The notes: generated by a model from the sequence alone, not told the origin. Positions 32,101-41,077 are shown, counted from the stretch's first letter. The stretch: 64,000 nucleotides of DNA from an uncultured virus (IMG/VR IMGVR_UViG_3300023174_000147) (IMGVR_UViG_3300023174_000147); one strand, 5' to 3'. Made by a program: numbers and translations.

Positions 32101-33306
32101 GCTCTTATATTGGAGATTTAACCAATATTCCTTTATTCTTAAATCCTGATATCCAAAAAATCTGATTGCATTTATCAAACCCTTATAACTACCTAGATAT
32201 GGGAAAATCTCCTCTCCAGCTATTAATAATTCTTTTCTTTTGTCGTTTATCTCTATGTAATTAGGTAAAGGCTCCTTCGGATCATGATCTCTAAGTATAA
32301 TCGAATCTTCAGGGTAAAAAGCTCTTCCCATGTTTTGTAACATGACGCTAAACCTTTCGTCCTCACCGACAATTTCTCCATAGAAATCCATCTCAATAAT
32401 TTTTTCGGGAGTTCCTGTACTAATATCTTCTATGATTAATTTCCTCTCGTAGATATTAGAAGCTAAATCTGTTGCATTTATTGCAACGTTTATAGATAAA
32501 GCCTCGGAATTTACTACTGATGTTGAGACATATCCGCTTCCTGTGAGTGTATCTGCAGAATTTGAGTCTACACTATAAACTATATTGGGATAACTGATTA
32601 TCAAAGGTTGGCCGTCTCCGCCTTCCATTTGATTCTCTATTTTATAAGTGAATATAATCTCAGATACATCAGTCTCACCATAACTATCATTATACCATCT
32701 AGATCTCCACTTAGCAGCGGTAGCTCCAGTAGCCCCTGTATGCGGAAGTCCATATTCTAAAGTACCAGAATTATTAAGTGTCTGAACAATGAATATTTGC
32801 TGGTTCTCGTAAAGTCCGGAAGAAACTGGATCGAAATATATGTTACCCTTAAAATAACCGCCTGGCCTATTTGTGTAAGCTGTAGTGAAATATATTTGAT
32901 TATTTAGACTTATTAATCTTTGTCCGTTTATAGCATCAAGTTCAAAGCTAACCCTTAGGTAAGTGGAGTTATTAGTTATAGAGGATATCTTTGCTTCAAA
33001 TTCGCCTTGACCTACGATTCTACCTTTAATGTATACGTCTGCACCATTAAGTATGTAGTTATTTATTTCTAATCCCCACTCAAGAATGTTAAATCCATTT
33101 AGATCTTCTATATTCAGATCAATATAACCAGGATCAACATCAAGTTGACTAACAGAAACCTGCCCAGATGATGAAGATGAAGATGATGTTACATAGGTAA
33201 AATTATGATCGAGATTACTCGGTCCGGTTGCACCTATATAATCGAAGTTTAATGGACTCCCGGTTTTATCGTAAAAATTAAGCCTCCTATAGAAAAATTC
33301 TGACAT
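29113..33306 (-). CDS. multidomain baseplate wedge protein (gp7-like position) with cupredoxin-like, SH3-like, PKD-like and HGL..GD (FCCH-like) inserts
   Basis: Follows gp25/gp6-like genes; GSYKGLINAIRFFGY; accessory domain motifs recognised by eye. Confidence 0.55.
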   Translation of the reverse strand: MSEFFYRRLNFYDKTGSPLNFDYIGATGPSNLDHNFTYVTSSSSSSSGQVSVSQLDVDPGYIDLNIEDLNGFNILEWGLEINNYILNGADVYIKGRIVGQGEFEAKISSITNNSTYLRVSFELDAINGQRLISLNNQIYFTTAYTNRPGGYFKGNIYFDPVSSGLYENQQIFIVQTLNNSGTLEYGLPHTGATGATAAKWRSRWYNDSYGETDVSEIIFTYKIENQMEGGDGQPLIISYPNIVYSVDSNSADTLTGSGYVSTSVVNSEALSINVAINATDLASNIYERKLIIEDISTGTPEKIIEMDFYGEIVGEDERFSVMLQNMGRAFYPEDSIILRDHDPKEPLPNYIEINDKRKELLIAGEEIFPYLGSYKGLINAIRFFGYQDLRIKEYWLNLQYKSARLESPLQQNQGFLDAIKQQQSKGYSQGYQIGDVLDNPNSGKYKLVQTYGPNSDGQYVLDVSSDNTILPSRTYKKTSLFGLYYDINKTTGYDSDYGYPEVVDSFQFTQEEVLIKMFALKERLKRDYLPLNARIIDITGEGIYFNVYNTKAWTDIMQRPDIDSGFYTDIKVTPDFGFIEDLRNFSIRPLSTSIQTPSSYYNYFNVQTSVLGGTGSAIYITGLTGATGLSGPNPVLNINAGKTYEFSLSTAGFDFYITTDPLLSQVDPIGLTNNGVTSGGPGLIWNVSPQQTSPVYYYSSNNKSLLNGVINVAPSELSDLGNTIDPLSNQQYYTPTQNDSLLNAISNFYDLKQNGELLQLGDGKYDPPAYIDPITGLTYKTPIGMPIVLELILDRWSWDELNINWSSLLTPVFKVGSRVLYKPTNVFGTVTAVSYSTGIYTIFLDNSTVINTDEASLFSSIQNYSLLNWKNVDFSNMVDIEWIVNKPATQQGSPYNFQFRGSILDFYTLAHFVPYTGVYQVTCNVYDAFNAKTVAIKNGAITVNPKIVDIDAWTRYREVEDYTWRNVFKGWEDYNSIWEYPAEGESIEVLEKTIPSEILDFATYGNKSEEGQDAYVKVNADPIGATGYISLTQSNITITEITSYQIIPGQYSFATVICSANHGLQTGDEVTLFGTIPQLVGRWTIIVPDGSNNTFKIPIIIQSSWSYTINQAGPTRLSVYSLIYPNQYATGAGSISVYVGGRLVGSSESGDSLYRSVNAITSSINSLRTYPDYFASCTDPGNSPNVTLVISAPDELGADQNGVQLTYEATGSLSVISSSTGLSGGVSPIESYVYWSESSPDLPNANLKYWGTKKLNWNIFTDNAWDEGYAHTWFDYEFNNDWLGGYELHNITPGDFIKISTGNEFYPYPIGMTIQPGASSLTIGELADQLNNSSDPNIQNFYYRPIPNESGNLPLDTPPINVIINNSNVSVSASSAPPSIIGGSGLLIAGFTYGTYP

Positions 33307-33309
33307 ATT

Positions 33310-33840
33310 TTAAAAAACTCTTTTATTATTTTTTTTAACGGTGTAATTGACAAAATTCTTAATTTGCTTAGTTGTTTCAACTAGTCCAAAAACTACTCTG
33401 TTAAAATATCCAAGTATCCCTTCTTTAATAGGATCTCTATAAAGAACATTAGACAAAGATCTTTTTAATAATTGATCTTTATAATCAAATCCATTATAAA
33501 GATTGTCATTAAAGCTATCCCGTATATCATAAATGTTCTGAGTGGGATCAAATTCATAATATCTCCTTTCTACTGGAATTTTAGGCATTGATTTCATTAT
33601 AGACTTATATTGAATTCCATCTGAGCACGGGGAATATCTATATTCACCTAGACCACTTGATAATATTCTTCTGTATCCAGAACAACCTATATTATAGGCT
33701 CTATCAGAAGCAAGCTCTGCAGTAGGATAAAAATCCTTTGGATCATAAAAAGTAGTGTTATCTGTTCTCGGTTTTATCCCAGATACCGTATAATTTACTC
33801 CTTTTTTTAGATCAGGGAAAAATGGTGAATAATTATCCAT
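33310..33840 (-). CDS. small baseplate-region protein
   Basis: TAATG coupling to gp6-like gene; A..RA..IGCSG...PC motif. Confidence 0.55.
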   Translation of the reverse strand: MDNYSPFFPDLKKGVNYTVSGIKPRTDNTTFYDPKDFYPTAELASDRAYNIGCSGYRRILSSGLGEYRYSPCSDGIQYKSIMKSMPKIPVERRYYEFDPTQNIYDIRDSFNDNLYNGFDYKDQLLKRSLSNVLYRDPIKEGILGYFNRVVFGLVETTKQIKNFVNYTVKKNNKRVF

Positions 33841-35564
33841 TAGCTATTTTTTATAAGTTGTGATTTCATATCGGCATTTAAAGACATGTTAAAATTAACA
33901 GGTATTATTTTGGTAATGCTTATATTAAGAGCTCCGGGCTTACCTTGTATTATACCTTGCTGATAATTTGTACCATTCCTATCCGTCCATCCACCTCTTA
34001 AAACAATCAATTCACCTCTTCCGATTACCACATCGCCAAATTCGTTCAGGCCTATTTGTTGTTGTAACTGGGCATCAGAAACATTGGTTAAACCCCTCAT
34101 GAGCGTTTGATTTTCTTCATTTGCTTGACCTACAAAATAAAAAGAAACAGAGTCAACGCCTTCTACGGATTCAACAATAGCAATCATATCTGATTTTGGA
34201 ATAAAGTCTCTTCTTTTTAAATTGAGCATATATTCCGAGATTTTCTTCCTTATCGTTTGTCTTATTGTTTCTGGATCATACCCTTCGAACATTGTGATAA
34301 CAACATTTGCTATGAATCTTTTTATCTGTGGCTCAACTATTCTAACAACCGTTGTTGCGATCATAGATCCGGAATCCTCAATAAGATTTATCACTTTATT
34401 TTTTTGATTAGTTGTAAGTAAAAAATCAGATACCGGAATATCGAAGTAATCTTCATTAGAAGAAATGTTTAGGGTTATGTCAGGAACCAAGAAAATATAA
34501 ATTACGTTATCATCATCAAGATAATCATCATCGAAAGTAGAAAAAGCTTGAATCTGAGAAAATATACCCAGCTTGTTAAGAAAAATCTCATAATTCTGCG
34601 CATTAGCAAAAACAAAAGACCTGCTGGTCTTTGGAGCGACTAATCTTATAATATTTACTGTCTCCGGATTTGTACCAAACGATGGATCTACAGAATTAAA
34701 AGCATCCATATAATTATTTAAGTCTACCTCATTTCCAAATAGATCTGTCCCGGTAGTAACGAATTTGTAGGTTAGCGGTTTTTCTCTAGTGGAAATAGCG
34801 TTTCCTGATCCACCAGAGGTCTGAAGATATTCTATTCTTATTCTCGATCCCCTTTGAGGAACCATACCAAAATTAGAATTACCAAAATAAACGTCCAATC
34901 CTTCCTGGATACCTGTTCTAACAATAAATCCCTTTCCGTTTAAAGGTATATCATATAGGGAATCGTACCTTCTCCATTTTTCCTCATTAACATAAACATC
35001 AACATAGAATTGATCAAGATAAGCTCCAGAAGAAGACGGGAGATTAAAACTTTGCAAAGCGTTTCCCGTTCCGGTTACTACGGAACTAATAAAATCTCCC
35101 TGTGCTACTTTAACTCTAAGAGGGCTTGGACTACCGCTAAGCTGAATAGTTACCCTTGAAGATCCAAAAATTAAAGAATATAATTTTCCATTTTCCTGAC
35201 ATCTTATCTGTGCGTGATTATTTATTATAACGGCACTTCCGCCAATATCTGATTGCCTTCTATTCCAGGATAAAGTTACTTCACCCTGAGCAGTGCTTGC
35301 TCTTCCTGGGTCATATCCAGCAATTCTAGCCAAACTTCTAACAGAATAATCCCTAGTTGCTTGCTCGATATTTAATTCTGTTATCGAATCCTCTATGAAA
35401 TAAAGGATCATCTGGGAAAGGTTTTGTAAAACGAATAAAATCTGTCCCCATGCAGATGCTACAGTAAACAGATTAGTTGTTTGGTTATAAGTGTCCTGCA
35501 AGAAGGAAAACGTGTCGTTTAATAGACCGTTAATAAGGACATTATTCTTCTTAAAAATATTCAT
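33840..35564 (-). CDS. baseplate wedge subunit, T4 gp6-like
   Basis: ELNIEQATRDYSVRSLARIAGY, VYFGNSNFGMVPQRGSRIRIEYLQTSGGSGN, PETVNIIRLVAP. Confidence 0.85.
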   Translation of the reverse strand: MNIFKKNNVLINGLLNDTFSFLQDTYNQTTNLFTVASAWGQILFVLQNLSQMILYFIEDSITELNIEQATRDYSVRSLARIAGYDPGRASTAQGEVTLSWNRRQSDIGGSAVIINNHAQIRCQENGKLYSLIFGSSRVTIQLSGSPSPLRVKVAQGDFISSVVTGTGNALQSFNLPSSSGAYLDQFYVDVYVNEEKWRRYDSLYDIPLNGKGFIVRTGIQEGLDVYFGNSNFGMVPQRGSRIRIEYLQTSGGSGNAISTREKPLTYKFVTTGTDLFGNEVDLNNYMDAFNSVDPSFGTNPETVNIIRLVAPKTSRSFVFANAQNYEIFLNKLGIFSQIQAFSTFDDDYLDDDNVIYIFLVPDITLNISSNEDYFDIPVSDFLLTTNQKNKVINLIEDSGSMIATTVVRIVEPQIKRFIANVVITMFEGYDPETIRQTIRKKISEYMLNLKRRDFIPKSDMIAIVESVEGVDSVSFYFVGQANEENQTLMRGLTNVSDAQLQQQIGLNEFGDVVIGRGELIVLRGGWTDRNGTNYQQGIIQGKPGALNISITKIIPVNFNMSLNADMKSQLIKNS

Positions 35565-35573
35565 TTCTCTATA

Positions 35574-35945
35574 TTAGGTTATTCTTAGTGTAACTAGAGG
35601 ACTTAATCCTCCATTTACCGGTATTTTAAAATCTATTGTTGCTATATCTCTTTCTGTTCCGACATAAAATTTAAGATCATAAGAGCCTCCGAGTTTTCCA
35701 AAAAGAGGTATATACGTTTTTAAAAATAGACTCAATTCGTTTCTTATACTAGATTCAGATAAATTTAAACTAAATATAAGCTCCTCTAGATTAAGTCCGA
35801 ATTTGGTATCACCTAATACTTCACCCTTGTTTGTGAGAAGCATCATTTTTAATTGACCTATGCAAATCTCCACCGGGTCGGTTGTTTCGATCTGGTATGG
35901 GTTGTAGCTTGGGTCTAATGGATCCCTGTTATAAATCTCTCTCAT
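35574..35945 (-). CDS. baseplate wedge subunit, T4 gp25-like
   Basis: QLKMMLLTNKGEVLGDTKFGLNLEELIF. Confidence 0.85.
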   Translation of the reverse strand: MREIYNRDPLDPSYNPYQIETTDPVEICIGQLKMMLLTNKGEVLGDTKFGLNLEELIFSLNLSESSIRNELSLFLKTYIPLFGKLGGSYDLKFYVGTERDIATIDFKIPVNGGLSPLVTLRIT

Positions 35946-35959
35946 AAATATTACTTTAT

Positions 35960-35967
35960 TATATATC
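35960..35967 (-). promoter_or_regulatory. GATATATA putative late promoter
   Basis: ~15 nt upstream of ORF starting at 35945. Confidence 0.6.
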
Positions 35968-36154
35968 GCATTTTTTTATTCCTATAAAAACATAGAACAA
36001 AATAAAATTTTATATTATAAATGATACATAAAGAAAATACACCATCATTATGGAAAGCATAAATACAATATCAGAAAGAATAAAAAATACAAAAGGATCT
36101 CAAATTGGACCAATTATAAATAAGATAAAAAGAAATTACATAAGTAATTGAGCA

Positions 36155-36931
36155 TTAATTCCATTGGAGGAAGTACGAGGGAGTTGATTCACCCGAAATT
36201 TGGTCCATAACTTCCTGTAATTCTGATTCACCTGTGGTTCTTATATCAGAAGCATTTATTTGAACACCGCCAGGTAAATTATAAGTAAACACAGAAAGCA
36301 TGTTAGCCAAAGCAATCTTAGATTTGGCAATGCAATATCTAACAAAAAGCTCATCAGCAAAAAGATCGTCATCATTCAGAGCAACAAAACACCTAATAGA
36401 TACGTCAGTACCGCCAACACCAAATCCTTGAGCAAGCTGTCCCTTACCCGATCTACCCGGATCCCTACCTAAAATGGTTAATTTTTTGCTATTTTTATTC
36501 CATTTAAAAGCAAAAGTCTCTAATAGATATGCTTTAGCTAAATCGAAATATGAGTACATAACAGTACGGTAAACTAAGTTATCACCAACAAAAGGAGAAA
36601 GTAATAATTCAGATCCAAGTAATTTGGAATCTCCAAAATCCCTATCTGGTGTACCTGATATACCAGATCCGCCAACTTCTCTAACATCATATACACTAAT
36701 AATAGATTCTGGTAATTTTATTTGTCTGGTTGCTCTAAATTCAGGATGCCTGAATATTTCATTTTGCAAAATAAAAACCCTATCCTCAACCGCATATTGA
36801 TAGTTATCAAAGAACCATGCTTTGGCTCTTTTGATTATTCTTTTTGTTTCTTGCTGATTAAGATTATACGGAAGGGCACAGCTAAAAGAAAGTGCGTCTT
36901 CTATTTCTTGAATTAATTCTTCTTCTGTCAT
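36155..36931 (-). CDS. neck/head-tail adaptor protein, T4 gp13-like
   Basis: LPESIISV, FKWNKNSKKLTI, VRYCIAKSK...NLPGGVQINASDI...GESEL. Confidence 0.8.
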   Translation of the reverse strand: MTEEELIQEIEDALSFSCALPYNLNQQETKRIIKRAKAWFFDNYQYAVEDRVFILQNEIFRHPEFRATRQIKLPESIISVYDVREVGGSGISGTPDRDFGDSKLLGSELLLSPFVGDNLVYRTVMYSYFDLAKAYLLETFAFKWNKNSKKLTILGRDPGRSGKGQLAQGFGVGGTDVSIRCFVALNDDDLFADELFVRYCIAKSKIALANMLSVFTYNLPGGVQINASDIRTTGESELQEVMDQISGESTPSYFLQWN

Positions 36932-36947
36932 CTTTTAGCGGTTATTT

Positions 36948-38354
36948 TTAAAAGTTCATGTTACCAAATCTTGGATTATTGTATCTATCGTTTAAATCTT
37001 TTAATCTCTTATCTGTAACAAATCTTTCTTTTCTGAAATCCTCCCAGCCTTTAACTTTTAGTGTCTCCTTGCTAACATCAGCATTTTCACCAATTTCACC
37101 GGCTCTTAGAACTCCCTCTTTTATCTTGCAATTAATGCTCTTACCTGCACAGTCTATAAAGCAGTCTTCAAGTTCGTTGCCAAAATCAATAACGCAATCT
37201 TTAACCTTAGAAGATACCACAGTTGTATCACTAACAATGTAGCATTCCTCGATCGAAGATTTTTTTATCTTTGAGCTGTAAATATTACAGTTTTTAATTA
37301 TTCCGTTTTTAATATCGCAAAGAATAAGATCTATATCTTTAAGTTCTAAAGCTTCCCTACTTCTAGCATCTTTTAATTGGCATCTTCCTGTTGTTGTGTC
37401 GTAATTAAAATATCCAGAGGTAACATTACCTTCGACAATTATATCGAAAATCTTATCTCTAATAACTGACCAATACGTTTTTATGTTCTCGTCCCATCCT
37501 TTAAGGTCTACAAATACATGGAAATCTGGGAAATTTCTAAAAAAGAACTCAGGATCACTAAAAGATCTAACGACCTTAGTGTATTGATTCATCATGCTTT
37601 GTAGCTTAGCAAGATCATCTTTTGAATAACCCGATATTCTGTGACTAAGTAAATCATAAAGATATAGCAGTACATAATCTATTATTTCCCTAATATCTTT
37701 ACTTTTTTTCTGGTAATCTCTATTTCCTAAATATCTAAATTCAAGATATCCCTTTGGTATTTTTGTAAAGTTTACCCCATAATATTTGTCCTCCGGAACT
37801 TTGAACATTTTAGGGTCTATCGAAGTTAGATTTTCTACCATAGCAAATCTGTTTCTCGGAACCACTCTTTTTATGGATTTAGCGTAAACATTTTTGGATC
37901 TGTTTCCAAATTTAGAGTATATGAAATTTTCATCTAATCCTAGTATGAACTTTAGCTTATCTAGATTTTCCATTCTATCCTTAACATCCTTTCTAAATTT
38001 GTCAAAGCTAACAGAGAATTGAAAAGCACATCTATCATTTGTCCAGCCATTCTCATCTATCCAATTGAGAACTTTTATTAATATCGGGATGGCTTCATTA
38101 TAAGGTAAAGGTCCAGTGATGAATTCAACCATTTTGCTCCCACCTGAATAATCTGGTTCTAATTTGCAGGTATTTGCATCCACAACAATATTAGAGTGGT
38201 ATCTTTCGGATACCACTACTTTTTTATTAATTAACTTAGAAAGAGATTCAGCTGTTCTGCCCTTTAGTATGTTGGTATAGAATTCAAATTCGAATCCTAT
38301 TACAGATGAGCTAAGAGCATGAAGCTTATCAAAATGTGTTCTATTGTCGATCAT
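36948..38354 (-). CDS. putative amidoligase (COOH-NH2 ligase, Amidoligase_2-like) with C-terminal beta-helix-like repeats
   Basis: GFEFEFY, LEPDYSGG, VEFITGPL, TNDRC, KYYGVNF, YLEFRYLG; C-terminal I-K-x-C/S-x repeats. Confidence 0.75.
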   Translation of the reverse strand: MIDNRTHFDKLHALSSSVIGFEFEFYTNILKGRTAESLSKLINKKVVVSERYHSNIVVDANTCKLEPDYSGGSKMVEFITGPLPYNEAIPILIKVLNWIDENGWTNDRCAFQFSVSFDKFRKDVKDRMENLDKLKFILGLDENFIYSKFGNRSKNVYAKSIKRVVPRNRFAMVENLTSIDPKMFKVPEDKYYGVNFTKIPKGYLEFRYLGNRDYQKKSKDIREIIDYVLLYLYDLLSHRISGYSKDDLAKLQSMMNQYTKVVRSFSDPEFFFRNFPDFHVFVDLKGWDENIKTYWSVIRDKIFDIIVEGNVTSGYFNYDTTTGRCQLKDARSREALELKDIDLILCDIKNGIIKNCNIYSSKIKKSSIEECYIVSDTTVVSSKVKDCVIDFGNELEDCFIDCAGKSINCKIKEGVLRAGEIGENADVSKETLKVKGWEDFRKERFVTDKRLKDLNDRYNNPRFGNMNF

Positions 38355-39534
38355 TTACCGGATCTGCGAAAATTTTTCCGCTAGCTGGTTCAACTTCATA
38401 AACCGTAACTAGTAGATCATCCCCAGGCTTAAGATTTTTGGTTTTTTTACCAATTCTCTCCTGAGGGATAAGAGCCATAAGACCAAATTCTACAAGATCA
38501 ATAAGGACACCATTTTTTCTCTTGTGCTTAATCCTTGCTTTAATTTGCTCGCATGTTCCGTCCTTGATTTGTTTGTCAAGATCGTGTATGATAACGTTTC
38601 TTTCTAGAGGTTTTTCTAGAGTTAATGTTAATCTGTTATTGTCTTTAATTTCCTTAACGTAGAATTCGATCTCGTCGCCTGGATTTACACCAGTGATAGA
38701 GTTATCCTCGCTGAATTCTGTTTTGTGAATAAGCCCGGTATAAACTTCTTCCCATTCAACGAATACTCCAAAGTCGCTTGTTCCTGTAACATATCCTTTA
38801 TATTTCTTAGTAAGATCCAATTCCTGAATCTTGCTTTCCATAATTTTGTTGAGGTATTTCTTATAAGAAACGATGAAGATATCTTTAGCCTCAACGTAAC
38901 CTTCGATCATTACTTGTAATTCTTTTCCAATGTATGATTCAAAATCTGTAATTCTGTTAGCAGCTGCCAAAGATCCAGGTAAGAAACATTTAATACCGGA
39001 TAGATCGACGATGTATCCACCTTTGTTGATGCTTTCAATCTTAACAGTATATGCACTAGATTCTTTTTTAATCTGTTCAAATAATTCAAGTCTAATACTG
39101 TGGATGTAGTATTCAACAACAGAACCTGTGTATGTCCCTCCGATTTTTCTAACCTTAGCCTGTAGAGCATCTCCAGGATTGAAAGATATCCCAGTTATTC
39201 TTAATTTTTCCGCGTCCTTTTTCTCTTTCTTGAGATCTATGTAAATTGTTTGTCCTGTGCTCGTTTGCGCTAATGCCTCTGTCTCATTAATGCTAACAAT
39301 CTTACATGGATAAACGTTACCCTCATTAAGATCTTTAGATAAACTCATATTTTCAGGGACTTCTTTGAAATAATTGTTATAGCCGTCTAAAAGCTCCTGT
39401 GCATAGGGCTCGTGGCAATAAATTTTAGATCCGCTAGGGATTCTTTTTAGTTTGGTGTTTGGATTTCTGCCATTTCCTATATCCCAACTGAAATCGTCTG
39501 GATTGTAGATGTTAGTTGATGTAAAATCAATCAT
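38341..39534 (-). CDS. rpsA: ribosomal protein S1 homologue (about four S1/OB domains)
   Basis: NKGGYIVDLSGIKCFLPGSL, GYVTGTSDFGVFVEWEEVYTGLIHKTE, VNPGDEIEFYVKEI, LKPGDDLLVTVYEV. Confidence 0.85.
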   Translation of the reverse strand: MIDFTSTNIYNPDDFSWDIGNGRNPNTKLKRIPSGSKIYCHEPYAQELLDGYNNYFKEVPENMSLSKDLNEGNVYPCKIVSINETEALAQTSTGQTIYIDLKKEKKDAEKLRITGISFNPGDALQAKVRKIGGTYTGSVVEYYIHSIRLELFEQIKKESSAYTVKIESINKGGYIVDLSGIKCFLPGSLAAANRITDFESYIGKELQVMIEGYVEAKDIFIVSYKKYLNKIMESKIQELDLTKKYKGYVTGTSDFGVFVEWEEVYTGLIHKTEFSEDNSITGVNPGDEIEFYVKEIKDNNRLTLTLEKPLERNVIIHDLDKQIKDGTCEQIKARIKHKRKNGVLIDLVEFGLMALIPQERIGKKTKNLKPGDDLLVTVYEVEPASGKIFADPVNDRQ

Positions 39535-39566
39535 GTTTTTTTTGTTTAAGAAGTTATTAATTCTAG

Positions 39567-39574
39567 TATATATC
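39567..39574 (-). promoter_or_regulatory. GATATATA putative late promoter
   Basis: ~33 nt upstream of S1 start. Confidence 0.6.
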
Positions 39575-39608
39575 TAAGCTTAAGTTCCTTTAAAAAACCC
39601 GTAATTTT

Positions 39609-41075
39609 TTAAAAAACTATAGGCACAAAACCTATCATAGGGGCAGGTCCGGCTGGTGTTGGTATACCACCATTATAAATGAGTTTAAATTCAAGCATAT
39701 TGGCGGCAAACGATAAGGCTAGAGCAGTAGCAACAGCGGTAGCACTGATTCTTCTTTCTGGTATAGTTTTAAAAAGTTTTCCTGTATTAAATGCTCTTCT
39801 GAGATAATCAGCAAGTCTTTTTCGACTTCCGTAATAAATGGGAATATAAAAACCACCTAAAGGAGGGGTAATTATACACGGAGGGACAGGAGGGGCTGCT
39901 GAAAAAGGCTGCTGTAGTGCAGAAGCCCAATAAGCTAAAACACCGTCTGCCATGATTACATAAGGATCATCTGTATCTTCTTCTGGTTTATTTGGATCCT
40001 CTTGATTTCTGTAATTATCAGCAATCTCATTAACCAATTTAGTTTTAAGATCCATGCTTCTTTTAAACTCAGCAGCATATCTTTCTTTCTTCCTCTGATC
40101 CAGAAAAAGAGAAAAGCCGGAGTCATATTTACGAGAGTTATCATCAACACCCTTCACATAAGTAAATTTTAATATAAAATCTTCAGTGTATCTTGATGGT
40201 ATTTTTTGAGGATCATTATAGTGGTTTTCTTGAAAAATCTTACTGGTTAAAACATCCGATTTATACTGAGAAAAATCGGTAGATTTTATCAATCTTAAAA
40301 CTGAGCCCTCGTCAGCTTCCTCTACCTCTTGAGTGTTCTTAACTCGAATGACATACTTTTTTCTACCCGAATCTGTTCTGATGGAGGATATAATTCCCTC
40401 TATGTCTCTTTTGTTAAGGTTGTTTGCAACAGAAACTGTAGCAATAACATCATCGCCAACTACTAGATCTTTTTTAAGAATATTTTTACTTTTCTCGTTA
40501 ATTCTAGCTAAAACTTTTCTACCCAAATCTCTTTCATATCCAGTAGCAAGAGAATTAAGCCAAATTAGATATCCTGAGGTTCCATCAAACTTAGAAAGTA
40601 TGGTGTCCGATAATTTATCAATCAATTCATTTTCGTCCTTCGGATACTTTGGAAAAGTATCAAACATCTGTGAGAAAGTAAAGTCAGGTATAGATGCTCC
40701 GTTTTCCTTTGACCATGCTAAAAATTCAGTATCGAATTTATCTAGATACTCGTCGATGTTAACGGAAGGAATAGGTTCTTTCAGATCCTCATATTTTGGG
40801 TCTTTTAATTTATCATCCAATGTAGGGGATCTTTCACTCTCGAGCAATTTAAAAGCTTTCGAAAATGCAATCTTTAATAATTTAGTATTTCCTTTCCTGT
40901 GTAAGTTGCCAAACGGGGTTTGCGCCTTTCCGTTTACAGCTAAAACATATTGATCCGCAAGATATGTTGCGAAATCATCGACATCCTTTCCTGCCGGATC
41001 ATAAGATCCTTTTATAGATTGCCCAGATAGTTTATCGCCAACATTAGTTATAAAAGAACTCCAATCTGCTGACAT
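39609..41075 (-). CDS. hypothetical baseplate-spike-associated protein with SH3-like insert
   Basis: Directly downstream of gp5-like gene; Pro-rich C-terminus. Confidence 0.5.
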   Translation of the reverse strand: MSADWSSFITNVGDKLSGQSIKGSYDPAGKDVDDFATYLADQYVLAVNGKAQTPFGNLHRKGNTKLLKIAFSKAFKLLESERSPTLDDKLKDPKYEDLKEPIPSVNIDEYLDKFDTEFLAWSKENGASIPDFTFSQMFDTFPKYPKDENELIDKLSDTILSKFDGTSGYLIWLNSLATGYERDLGRKVLARINEKSKNILKKDLVVGDDVIATVSVANNLNKRDIEGIISSIRTDSGRKKYVIRVKNTQEVEEADEGSVLRLIKSTDFSQYKSDVLTSKIFQENHYNDPQKIPSRYTEDFILKFTYVKGVDDNSRKYDSGFSLFLDQRKKERYAAEFKRSMDLKTKLVNEIADNYRNQEDPNKPEEDTDDPYVIMADGVLAYWASALQQPFSAAPPVPPCIITPPLGGFYIPIYYGSRKRLADYLRRAFNTGKLFKTIPERRISATAVATALALSFAANMLEFKLIYNGGIPTPAGPAPMIGFVPIVF

Positions 41076-41077
41076 TG

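Noticed and set aside
40333..40953. 206-aa plus-strand ORF (also 49040..49591, 58643..59167 and other antisense ORFs)
   Set aside because: Fully antisense to well-supported genes, with Ser/Leu/Phe-rich shadow-frame composition
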